Assembly: GCA_012295275.1 (NCBI GenBank) | Contig: CM022671.1 | Span: 25,110,001 to 25,174,000, forward strand | From: Chrysomallon squamiferum | Lineage: Eukaryota > Animalia > Mollusca | Reading direction: 5' to 3' | Length of the DNA stretch: 64,000 bases | In this document: positions 27,720-39,619 of the stretch, one piece after another | Numbering within the stretch: the first letter of the stretch is position 1 | How the letters are laid out: each line of letters starts with the position of its first letter | Notes under the pieces: model-generated | What the model was told of the DNA's origin: nothing | What the model saw: only the letters and a program-made list of their open reading frames with translations | Database searches by the model: none | Made by a program: the position numbers and the translations under genes

Positions 27720-28266
27720 GTAAATAAATAAATAAATAAATAAATAAACAAAAATATTAATAATAATATCAAATAAACAAATGAATAATAATAATAATAA
27801 TAAAAGATAACTTTGAAGTATGCAGATTTTATCAATTTTATTTCTTCGTATCATCAAAGATATACTTTAATTTACACTCTAATATATTTATTTATTTATC
27901 TATTTATTTATTTATTTATTTATACTAAGCATTTACAAAACAGTACTGTCTTTTATTCATATGTTACGTGTCACTTGAAGCTGCACCTATAACCTGTATT
28001 CCTAAAGATATTCATAGAATATCCACGAACTGAATCTTAACGAAAATATTTAATATATAAATAGAATAATGAAAGATACTAATTCTAACACAAGAGAACC
28101 GTTGTATTGGTTGTTGGTGAACAAAATCGTTAAAGTATGGTTTGATTTTGTTGATAATCTCCCGGGGATAGTGTTCAAACAAACGCGGTGAAGCGTAAAT
28201 TCCACGTCCGATTGGGCTTAGAAATCAAATTACAGCAACCTCGACAACAACAACAACAATAATAAA

Positions 28267-28300
<34 letters not shown>

Positions 28301-31259
28301 GCAATAATAATAATAAGAATAATAATTTTAAACAGGAGCGTATTCGGGTTTTCCAAAGGGGAGAGCCTTATTACCGTCGATGTTATGTTCAAGATGAAAA
28401 TTAATAAGATTTGTTATAATATAAAAAATAAAAAAATAAAAATTCAGCAAAATAAATAAATAAGTATATTTTAAAATGCGGAGTCGGCGCTGTGCCTTGA
28501 TTTATTTATTACATTTATAGTTTAATTTATTTCTTAATTTTTCATTTTTGTCAATTTTTTATTTTTTATTTTTAACTCATTGCCAAGGGATTTTTTCATG
28601 TTTGATTTTTTCAAATTGCAAGAAATATATCTTATTTGCCATACGTAACCGCGGTTTTGATAATTGCTCTATTAATCTCAGTAAGAAGCAGCAGTCGTTT
28701 TCAGTTCTCTGCAGTTCTGTAAACTTTAAGCTCATAAATTAACGGGAGAGATTGCGTCTGGTTGTCATCAGAATCGTTCGTGGTAAAACTGATCGCATAA
28801 CTGATCTATCGGCATCATTTTCACGTTTGTATACCTCTGCAGGAATGGCTGGTGTATTTTTATTGTTTAGTAGTGTCATTAAACTTTGTAAATATGTTTG
28901 CCGAAGATGAGAGTGTATTTGTATGTCTGTATTTTTTTTCCAGTCCGTGTATAAAGAGACAGAGATAAGATTTGTTTTGGTTATTTAAAGATGTTGTCAG
29001 TCATATACACACTTAACGTATGTGTATGAATAATCTGAGATATAATCGAGGTTTTTACCTTACCTGTATGTGCATAAATAAAAGAATCGCAAAATAACCA
29101 AAACAGTTCGTCTCGGCTTAATTTACACACTCACAAAGAAACACACACACACACAAACACACACGCACGCATATTTATACATAAACATAAATATAAATAT
29201 ATACACACATGTACATACATACATATATAGACAGAAACACACACATACTTATACAAATATATGTACATAAAAACATACTGATAATACACAAATTAAATGT
29301 TTAATGATTCAAATATCACAAACTGTTTTGAAGTTAAGAATCACTCGAGACATTAGAGTTCTCTGAAACAGCAGAGTCAGCCTGAGCGATTATTAATAAT
29401 GTAGTGCGTTTATTTATATCGAGTTCCTGACTTGATCTTTCTTAAAATAGTGAAATGAAGCTCAGTGTGATAAGTGTTAAGGCCACTTCGCTACAATTTT
29501 TTTACTTTTTTTTTTGAGAAATCTGTTAATGTAGAAACCTAATACCATCTATGCTAAAAATACAATCTTCTAGATTGCGTTCCCGACAGAGATGGAAAGT
29601 GGAAGCGATAAACCATCTTGAGTTCATCGTGAAGGTTTTATTACAGTAAATACGTTTTTCCATACTTTTCATGCATTATTTACTCCAAAGAAAGCAGTTT
29701 TAAAATACGTTGAATGCGGTTTTGTTTTTGCTAAACTACTAAAAATTTCTGTTTATTTAGACAATATAAAAAAATATATATATATTATTATTATTAATAT
29801 TTTTAAAATTGTCAGGAATGTAAATTTTATAGTAATACTAAGGGAGAGAAAGAAAACTCGACGCCATCACATTACAAGTTATTTTTAACCAAAAATTAAA
29901 AACTGATTAGGTTTTTTTTTTTTTTTAAAGTACTATCTCATAAACAGGAAAACTCGATGTTAGAGACACCAGTAAGGCAGCACGGGTTGGAACTTTATAG
30001 AGCTCAGTAGCCACACCCTCGAGGACTGACCATCTGACCTCTCTCACTGTGTGAGTGTGTAAAAAATTAATGTGCTAATCAGATACTCTGTCGCAATCTC
30101 TCACTCTCGAGGCCATGTTTTTCAATACACACCAGTCACGGCGTATCGGTTGCAGACAGAAGTAGCTCACTGTGACAACTGTTAAGCTATTTATATTTTC
30201 ACTAATTATTTATCATGTTCACGTTAATCGGTTACTAAGGCAATTATTTAAATTAAAATACTCCACATGTACTTTCACTGAATCTGTAATCTGAAACTCG
30301 TACCATTTTATTTGCCATATTTTTTTTTTTCCGTGCGATCAATTTAACTTAACTCGACAAGTGACGACATTTAATTTACTTTTTCACACCAATTAAAGTA
30401 CACACGCAGGTTTATCTGACGTCTGCTACGGTTTTGTTTTATTCAAAATAGAAAGCATGTTGGTGAGAACAAAGTAATTGGAAAAGGCGATGCCGTCTTT
30501 AAGTGGAATTAACAACCTGAAATCGAGTGTAGAATATAGACCAGTTATAGAAATTCGATTTGTGTAGAACATTCTAATTCCAGGGTAAGATCGATTATTC
30601 AAAAGAAACATCAGATGGTAAGGGATTCTATTCTTGTAATCGTCATTACGAAAACGCTATTAGTACTGTAATCTTTGTAGTAATACTTGCAAACACGAAA
30701 CTCCGGAGTCCAAACTCTATGATGTATATTTATCAACCGTATGCAAGAGCCTCTAAAAGGTGGTAATATTAAAATGTGTTAATGATTTAATTATAATTAT
30801 GAGAAAATTTAAACTGTTTTTTTTATACGGTCGTCTCTGAGTTTCTACATCATCCTTTGCTTCCGGTTACCATAACTGCCGCTGCTAATACTGCTAGCTG
30901 CTACTGCTGCTACATTCATTAATATTATACTACTGCTGACTGTTATATTTCTCTGATTCTTTTTTTATTCTTTTTTTTTTTTTTTAATCGATAGTTTTAA
31001 CCACTCTTTATTTCTAAAGTCTAGTTCCACTCATACACAGATGATGCGAGGGACCATTGGATGATGAAGGATGAATCTTTGTTATCCGAGTTAGTTATGA
31101 CGATTTATATCACAATATGTTATCCATGTATATGTTATATTTAACTTAAAATAGACAAGATACATATTTTTTAGTTAGATGGCTTTCTTCAGTTTGGGAA
31201 CCTCTAAGCATCAGATTGCTTTGCATACCGGGATAATTCAGATAATGACGTTAACTAAA

Positions 31260-31316
<57 letters not shown>

Positions 31317-31960
31317 TTATTATTATTATTATTATAACAGGTATTGCAACAGGAAGCCTGTACAATGATACCAGTCTCAGACTGCACGGTTTTCCAGGTG
31401 AAGGTCAAGCAAACAGGAACGTAATCTTGGTCAAGAGTCACGAGTGGGGAGAAAAAATCCGCAGCAAATTCGAAAAAGCTATTCTGCTGATTCGCGAGCC
31501 GTACGGAGCTTTGTTAGCAGAGTTCCACAGACGTCACGGGGGCCACATGGGACACGCGAGAAAAAAAGATTTTCAAAACGGTATTCACTATAACAGTTTT
31601 CAAAACGAGTTGTCGTTCTTTTAGAAAATGCTATTACTACAGACACACATATATAGATAGGTATATGAAGGTCAAATACATGAGTGAATAGTTAAAGACA
31701 GACAAATACACAGACAACTCATAATTTAATAGGTAAACAAAAAGAGAAGTTAAATAGCTGAAAATATATGATGGTGGTGGTTTGACTGTATATGTCTGTC
31801 TAAACAAAAAATTAAAAATAATAAAGAAAAAAGAATTTCCATTATTATTATTATTATTATTGTTATCGTTATTCTTTCTGTTGCTGTTATTGTTATTATT
31901 TTAGTATCGCTGTTGATGTTATTATTGCTAATATTATTATTATTATTGTGATTATTATTA

Positions 31961-32018
<58 letters not shown>

Positions 32019-32410
32019 GCTGCTATCGCTGTTATTATATATAACCTTTCTTTCTCTTTTCTTTTCGGTTAGAATGGTATGATTACGTTCCTAATACAGC
32101 GAAAGCGTGGGCAGAACATAACATCGACTGGTTGAAATTCAAAGGCCCTCTCTACATAATGAACTACTCGGAGCTGCAAAAAAATTCAACCCAGTGCATA
32201 GAACAATTACTGAAATTCATTGGTGTCAGCGTTAGCCAGGCCGACCTGAAATGCATGGCTAAGAACTCAGAGGGCAGTTTCAAACGCCTCCATTTTCAAA
32301 TTATAGACCACGACCCATATACTATAGACATGAAGTATATCATTTCGAATTATATTCATAACGTATCCAAGGAAATCGAAGGTTATTATTACAAGAGGAC
32401 TATTAGATAA
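24659..32410 (+). CDS. WSCD: WSCD-family type II membrane (Golgi) sulfotransferase without WSC domains, 285 aa
   Basis: Exons 24659-24938, 31341-31580 and 32073-32410 (858 nt, in frame). N-terminal TM segment VVCIVLYIVAFNVLCLYYL. 5'-PSB motif [23 protein letters not shown], then GSLYND..L...GFPGEG, VILVKSHE and the 3'-PB-like AILLIREPYGALLAEF, all typical of WSCD1/2 and insect WSCD-family proteins. Confidence 0.88.
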
Positions 32411-32666
32411 TCAAAGCTCACAGAAGAGATATGAAAACCTGCCAGTCTGAATGGTTTTACTGGCTGTGCAAGAACGTGATGGTTATTTGCAAACCAGAAC
32501 ATCTTATGATTTATTGTCTTCCCTAATTATGTGGAGCCAGAGTTGGCTGCACCATTCCCGGCCATTTTGTATTTATATCTTTTTCTGTATTTATTTTGTT
32601 GTTGTTTTTCTTCTGGTTTTTTTTTTTTTTTTTATGGGGGTCGGGAGTGAGGTTTATAGACACGCA

Positions 32667-32719
<53 letters not shown>

Positions 32720-33238
32720 ACTGATGCAAATGAGACAAATATCTCATGCCGAAATTGATGATTTTCTTCTTCTTTTTTTTTTTTTTCTTTTTTTATACAA
32801 AGATTTTATTTAAAAAATATAAATTTAAATTTCGATAGAAACGATCATTAATTCGTTTATGTCTAAGGTTACCGTTTGAAGTCTGCTGACATCGTTGCGA
32901 TGAAAGACATAACTGACTTCAAAGAAATCAGACATCAAACAGGTTTATCGAACACCTGATGATTTAAGGCATACATCATCCTTTCCACACGTTTCAGTCT
33001 GAGTCCGGGTCTTGCCCTGATGCAGTGTATACTGTCATTTAGCGTCACGACAGTACTCCAAAAATTCGCCCAAATTCTATTGGCGATTAAGTATTTTTTT
33101 TATCTTCATTTCAAAAACTGTCTAGTCTATATAAATATTAAATTTATTTCCTTCTGCTTTTTCATCCCCCCCACCACCACCACGACCAATGGTCTTCCAC
33201 CACACTCTTGCAGATAGCCCCCGTTTGTTTACAATCAC

Positions 33239-33284
<46 letters not shown>

Positions 33285-33482
33285 ACTTTTTTGGTTCTTC
33301 TGATGTGTTTTTTTTTTTTTTTTTTTTTTGGAGTTTGCGCAGTCGCGGTACAAATCAGGTTTATCTGAGGCGTGGCTATTGATAGCTGAAAACTATTTCC
33401 TTGTATATCAGAACACTGAGAAAATTTTACAGTACATTACTGATAACGTCAACAAACAAGCCTTTACAAATTTTCCTTGTTA

Positions 33483-33513
<31 letters not shown>

Positions 33514-34421
33514 TTAAATTGTGTATTTTAATCTTTCAATACACAATGAATCTAAGTAACCAGCAGCCTAATGAATTAAATTATTAATAAATACCTGTTA
33601 ATAAGCAAAACGTTATGTATGCCACCCCAAACGTACAGCTACATACATTCATACACACATAATATATACATAAATGCATGCACATATACATGTAAACATA
33701 TACATAAATGTATACATACATGAACCAATGTATATATATACATAATTATATACATACATGCACGCACATATATACATATATAGGCATACAAACATACAAC
33801 CTATATAAATAATTATAAAAACAGTAATGCATTAAAGTCATTTTATTATACACTGCATACAAGATAATATATACTGGTTTTTACGGAAGAAGAACAAAAA
33901 GAAAAAGAAACAATTTCTTCCGTGAAACGACGCTTGCCTGTCAGTTCATAAACAAACAATACAAAACATATGATCCGTTTCTGTCAGATAAATGTGATAA
34001 TTACGTGTGTATGAGTCATCTTCAATCCGAAGAAAACACCAAAGCAGTTGTAGTAAAGTAATATGTCGATTTAGCTTTAAGAGAATCAGCCATCTTATAA
34101 AATTCACATCGTTCCGATGAAATAGCGAATTCGCGTCATCCGATTTAGAAAAACAAAAACAATATTTTAAAAATTATTATTATTATTATTATTATTATTA
34201 TTTCAGAGTACAATTTGCCATTTGATTGCATGAAATCTATATATAAAGGCTATATTTGATTTCATTGTTTTTGTTTGTTGTTGTGATGTTTATAATATTC
34301 TTGTTACTGTTCCTTCAGCTGCTGCTGCAGTTGTTGTTGTTATTGTTGTTATATATAAAATTTAACATATCTATGGTGATTCTGTTAGTAGGTTTTCGGT
34401 TTCAACTGCGCCTCACTGTAA

Positions 34422-34928
34422 TTACAGAATGGTGCAACCACTACTACTAGATTCAGTATTTCTTTGCGTCTCTCTGCTCTGTTGCTCGATAAGAAAATTC
34501 AGAGGCTGATAATAATAATATTCAAGCCAGACCCAATTAAAACACATGATTTGGGTAATCTGAAGTCTTTGGTTTCCTACAAGAATGTTTCGGGTTAATA
34601 CAAACCGATTCTGTACAGCGCTGAGTTCATAAAACTGATTGTCCCAATCTCCACATAGTGACGGCTCCGGAAAAAAACACTTGCCTATCAGTTTGTCCGG
34701 AGAAAATAGCGAACACAGAGCAATCAGCGTATTCGTTTCTTCCTCTGTAAGATAATAATATCTGCTATAATCTCTTAGCAGGAGCGTTTCTAAATCACTG
34801 TCCATCTGAAGAACATCGCATACACAGTCAAAATAGTACATCAGTTTAGCTGCAGGAGAATCAGGAACTATTACAGACCATCCTACCTGTCTGAAATATA
34901 TTTCGTTGTCACGAAACAGAAAGGCCAT
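34422..34928 (-). CDS. Intronless uncharacterised protein (168 aa) ending in a CaaX prenylation motif (CTIL)
   Basis: Non-repetitive ORF with globular composition (MAFLFRDNEIYFRQVGWSVIVPDSPAAKLMYYFDCVCDVL...). The first in-frame ATG is at 34928 and the protein ends SSSSGCTIL-stop. A TATA-like element lies near 35020 on the minus strand. I recognise no domain. Confidence 0.75.
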   Translation of the reverse strand: MAFLFRDNEIYFRQVGWSVIVPDSPAAKLMYYFDCVCDVLQMDSDLETLLLRDYSRYYYLTEEETNTLIALCSLFSPDKLIGKCFFPEPSLCGDWDNQFYELSAVQNRFVLTRNILVGNQRLQITQIMCFNWVWLEYYYYQPLNFLIEQQSRETQRNTESSSSGCTIL

Positions 34929-35280
34929 CTTGTCCAGTTTAGAAAACAAAAATACAATCTGTCACTATGATTTTATTTTCTTGAGTCCAGTCTATGATAT
35001 ACTTCACATTGCAGCTGTATATATAGGTTTACAAGAGACCTCATTTGCATAACTAAGGAAGACTCACTTGTGTATCTGTTGAAAACAGATAACACATAAT
35101 TGTTTTTTGTTGTTTTTTTTTTTTTGTAATGTCCAACCTGTGTTCAGTAGAGTTAGAACGTATCTTGTTAGACCTTAACAGGATATCATATATCTTATCA
35201 TAAACTGTCACGCGGTAATTTTTCCTTGAAAGTGACAAACGTATGTAATCAAACCGTATTAATATCTGAATAATCAAAGG

Positions 35281-35339
<59 letters not shown>

Positions 35340-35528
35340 AACAATGCATGTCATATTAAACGTCACATCCAACAAAGTGATTGTCCCTCATCTTTTCTGG
35401 TCGAGGGCCTGCCCTTGGTCTTCAAGTCATTTTCCTGTGAATTATAACATTCCTGCTTAGTGATAAACTATTTCTAGCCGGAACTGTTTGTTGCTATCTT
35501 TCTAATTTATGATAACATTTCATCTGCT

Positions 35529-35561
<33 letters not shown>

Positions 35562-36162
35562 TTTCTTTCTTTATCAGTGAATGAATGTTGACTATTGATC
35601 TCATAATTTTCCTTCGTGATCTTTGTACCATACACATATGTACACAAGACAGGTAAAAAGCGAGTTGTCTACATAATCAGGTCACGAGAGACGATCGAGT
35701 TAAAACTTTAAGAAAACTATGGGCGGTCATAAACAACAACCATTGTGCCACCAATATAATACCTACTAATAATAATAATAGTAATTATTATTATTATTAT
35801 TATTATTATTGAGACGAGAGATTACAGTCTACTAAGTTTTTATAAAAGTATGTCTCTCTCTCGACGTTTTGGGGTGTTTTTTTTTTTTTTTTTTTGACGG
35901 TATCATTGCAGTTAATAATAGGTAAATATTGTTGTTGAAACATGGTGTGGCAGTTAAGGTCGCCATCTAAATAATTTTACCATTTTATGTTTTACTATAT
36001 AATATGCATTTCTTTTCATATAAAATTTTATCGCGATCAAATATTATTTTAAAAGTCCCGAAGCCGTAAACAATTTTTTTATATATATATTTAAATCTAT
36101 ATTTCAAAATGTTCAGGAAATCTGTTAGTAAATGCGTGGTTCGACAACGCTAGTCTGATGCC

Positions 36163-36410
36163 CAGTGGCGTGCAGAGGGGGGCTAAAGGGGCGGTGGCCC
36201 CGCACATCCAAAGTTGGGAGGCATCCAATCAAAGAAAAGAACTTAATAAATTTGGTTGACTTATATTTAACTTATGTTCATCTGTGTTTAAATATTCAAA
36301 AGATCTTCCTTTCTCATAATATTTCGCAGTACCACGCGTTCTACTTGAGTCTTTGGGGCGTACAATCAAGGAGTTGGCTCCGGGCGTCACCAGACCTCTG
36401 CACGCCACTG
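36163..36410. mobile_element. hAT-superfamily MITE, 248 bp
   Basis: Perfect 16-bp TIRs CAGTGGCGTGCAGAGG (36163-36178) and CCTCTGCACGCCACTG (36395-36410). 8-bp target-site duplication CTGATGCC (36155-36162) / CCGATGCC (36411-36418) with one CpG-type mismatch. No transposase ORF. Confidence 0.9.
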
Positions 36411-36646
36411 CCGATGCCCCATAGAATCGTTCCGGCGGCCCTGAAACAACTTGTAATTGAATGCAACTATGACTGAGATGTTTAACTTATTAATGGGAAT
36501 GACGTTCTATGGCAGGGAAGGAAATCATAAGCGTAACAAATGCAGTATAAATCAATAAATATTAATCAGGCCTACAAGGGTTTTTGGATAGGTTGGTTGT
36601 TTTATTTTTACTTTTTTTTTTTTTTTTATTTATTTATTTATTTATT

Positions 36647-36715
<69 letters not shown>

Positions 36716-36831
36716 ACTAATCTGTCTCTCCGTCCTCCTTAAATTCTAGAATATTCTACGAAATAACATGCCCGTAAGTGTAAAAATCCATCGTTTCTAA
36801 AGAGTAGTTACTGTTTGCTGGTTTGTAACCA

Positions 36832-36854
36832 TTACGTCATACAATTTGACGTCA
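36832..36854 (+). promoter_or_regulatory. Tandem CRE/ATF sites upstream of the HSF-like gene
   Basis: TTACGTCA (36832-36839) and the perfect palindrome TGACGTCA (36847-36854), about 70-90 nt before the ATG at 36921. Confidence 0.55.
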
Positions 36855-36920
36855 GTAAAGAATACACTTGAAATAAAATTCCGCAAATATTACACTTTGT
36901 ATTGTTGTTTTGTCGCTAAA

Positions 36921-38042
36921 ATGACTTATCACATTAAAACAAACGATGGGACTAGACTCCGTTTAAGTTTAGATCCCAAGCAGCAGTTTCCTGAGAAAGT
37001 TTATGCTGTTGCAAACGATGGCTTTTTGATTCAGTGGAATAACAGTGGAACAGGTGTCATACTCTGTCAAGAAACTCAGTTTGAAAAAAATGTTATGAAA
37101 TGCTATCCTGGATTTGTTAAAATTCCAAATTATGCGAACATCAGGCGCTTGTTTCGAGAATATGGATTTGACTGGACGCTTGGAGAAGACGAGACACTTG
37201 AATTCCATCATCCCTTTCTTATTCGAGGAAAACCTGAACTTCTGTCACAAGTAAAAACCAGGCGCAAATCTCTTTCAAGCCCATGGTTACGAAGATCCAG
37301 GGTACACTTTCCAGGCAGACCTAGGAAGATTTTTAAAGCTGAACGTAGAATGAGAAAGCGAACACGCTGTATTCCCGAAGAAACGGAAAGTAACGAAGAC
37401 TGTGTACCGTCGTCATCTGAAAGTAGTTTAAAAACTGATGACAGCAAGTTGGAGATGAAGAAAGAAAACCCAGATCTGGATTCCGTGCTTACCGTCTATG
37501 CCAAAAATGAAATGACAGAAGATGAACTGGTAGATTTAATATACCAAAAATCATGCCAACTTAAATATTCCTCGAAAAGTAGCCCAAAAAGTGGTTATGA
37601 ATGGTTGTACAGCTACCCTCTGATTGATAATTCTGAAGATGTCAATGACTTTTTTCCCCAAAACGACCAACAACAGCCTTACTATGCAGACTATACCGAC
37701 TCAATGGGTTTTGATTATGCTCCGTCCGGAGTCCCAAGTTCACAAAGTGGAAGCCAGGAAAATGTTTATATGACTCCTTACATTAATGATGTTAATGTTG
37801 TAAGTTCAGAAGTATCAGAACACGAACCAAGTTTTCTGGATTGTCAAGATGAGTCAACCAAAGTATATGAAGAGCTGAAGCCAATACAACCAGGTTGTAA
37901 CCCTGAACTGAAAAATAATACTTCAGACGACACTTTGATTAATGCAGACATGGATTCACCACCTCAGAGCAGCACATCAGAGAATGCAGTTTTTTGCTGT
38001 GACTGCCATTGTCATAAGATAGCCATACTAACTGATATGTAA
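36921..38042 (+). CDS. Intronless divergent HSF-type DNA-binding-domain protein (HSF5/HSFY-like), 373 aa
   Basis: HSF DBD landmarks FPEKVYAVAND, IQWNNSGTG, FEKNV, YGF and EFHHPFLIRGKPELLSQVKTRRK. A basic NLS-like stretch and an acidic low-complexity C-terminus follow. First ATG at 36921. Confidence 0.85.
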   Translation: MTYHIKTNDGTRLRLSLDPKQQFPEKVYAVANDGFLIQWNNSGTGVILCQETQFEKNVMKCYPGFVKIPNYANIRRLFREYGFDWTLGEDETLEFHHPFLIRGKPELLSQVKTRRKSLSSPWLRRSRVHFPGRPRKIFKAERRMRKRTRCIPEETESNEDCVPSSSESSLKTDDSKLEMKKENPDLDSVLTVYAKNEMTEDELVDLIYQKSCQLKYSSKSSPKSGYEWLYSYPLIDNSEDVNDFFPQNDQQQPYYADYTDSMGFDYAPSGVPSSQSGSQENVYMTPYINDVNVVSSEVSEHEPSFLDCQDESTKVYEELKPIQPGCNPELKNNTSDDTLINADMDSPPQSSTSENAVFCCDCHCHKIAILTDM

Positions 38043-39619
38043 ATCATTTGTATCACTGTTCCTGACCATGTTTTTCTAAACATGGAAGAAACAAGCATTT
38101 ACCAAATGGATAGGGATCAAAAATCTCTCTCTCTCTCTCTCGTTCTCTCTCTCTCTCGTTCTCTTTCTCTCTTTAAATTTCAAATGAAGAAATTATATTA
38201 GGATTTTGCTTATTAAATATTTATTTTCAGATACATTAAGATACGTGTAAGTGTTTTAATTTCCTAGGGAAATAATTAATGCCAGCTACTAAAAACTACT
38301 AGTGAAAATAGCAAAAATATCTATATATGTATTGTTTTAAAGAAAACCTGGCATAGTAAGTCACTGAGTATGGCCATTTCACTGTAATAAATAACTGGTG
38401 CTAAAAATACAAAAAAAATATAAAACCAATAGAGATATTAGTCATAATCAGTTCAAAAGAAGTTATATTTTAAATACATATTTTTATAACCACCTTGTGT
38501 AAATAAATGTTTTCCAAAATATTTTGTTACTGTTATTATTCCATACATAAGCTAAGTTGTGTTCTCTATGTATATATATAAAGAGATTTTGATTATTATT
38601 TATTATTAACCAATTACTAAAAAAACAAAAAAAAAAAAAAAAAAAAAAAGATTCTATAGACATATTTTGGATACACTGATCTGGTTTGAAAATCTTCCAT
38701 CAAGAGAAAAAGAATTTTGCTAATAATAAAATGAAAAGCCACAAATGTTTATTTGTATTTTTTATCTCCAAATTCAAAATCAATATTTGCAAAGATTGTA
38801 TCAGTTACCTGATGTAATAAGATAATAACAAAAACTGTTTCTATCTGCAAAAACAGGAAACAGATATTAACTGCATGAGATGCTTCATGCAGAGGAAATA
38901 AGACTTTTTTTTCTTCCTAAGATCAAAATATAAAATAAGAATGCTTGGTATGAATGTGAAAAATAATGCAGATTGCCAATATATCTGCATAATCCAGTAT
39001 AATTAAAACAAAATGTTACTATCATATTTTACAAGTTTATTCAAAACTAGATTTTTATCAGTTCAAAGTACAGAACAACTAGTATAATCAGCTGAAGAAT
39101 GTTATTTCAAATCATGATATAAATAAATCCTGTGTATCTAAAGCCTAGTGGTCAACAATAAACTTTTCTTTAACAGAAGAATAAATATTTCTTTTTGAAA
39201 AGTGACGTATGTTTCTTACATCTTCATAAATTCATTTCTGAATTAATTAGGAATATGTTAGTATATTCTGAATTCAATAACCTTCTGACTGTCAGTATTC
39301 ATCCAGCTGACAGGTATTTTGATATAGAAATATATATTTGATATAAGTAAAATTTTGATATTTTGTTAGTGACACAGTTATCATCTATTCTAGACAACTG
39401 GCAACAAACAACACTCCTGAACTTTTCTCTGGATATCAAGGCAGATAAATAGAAGTCTTTCATATTTGCCATTATCATTATATAGCAATACAATAATTAT
39501 GCAAGCGATTTTCCATGTTTTAAACACTGGCTAAAATAACAAGCACAAAGCTATCAATATATGTGAGAAATACTTCATTTCTGACACATGAGTTCCACAA
39601 TGGCTCAACAGAAAAATTA

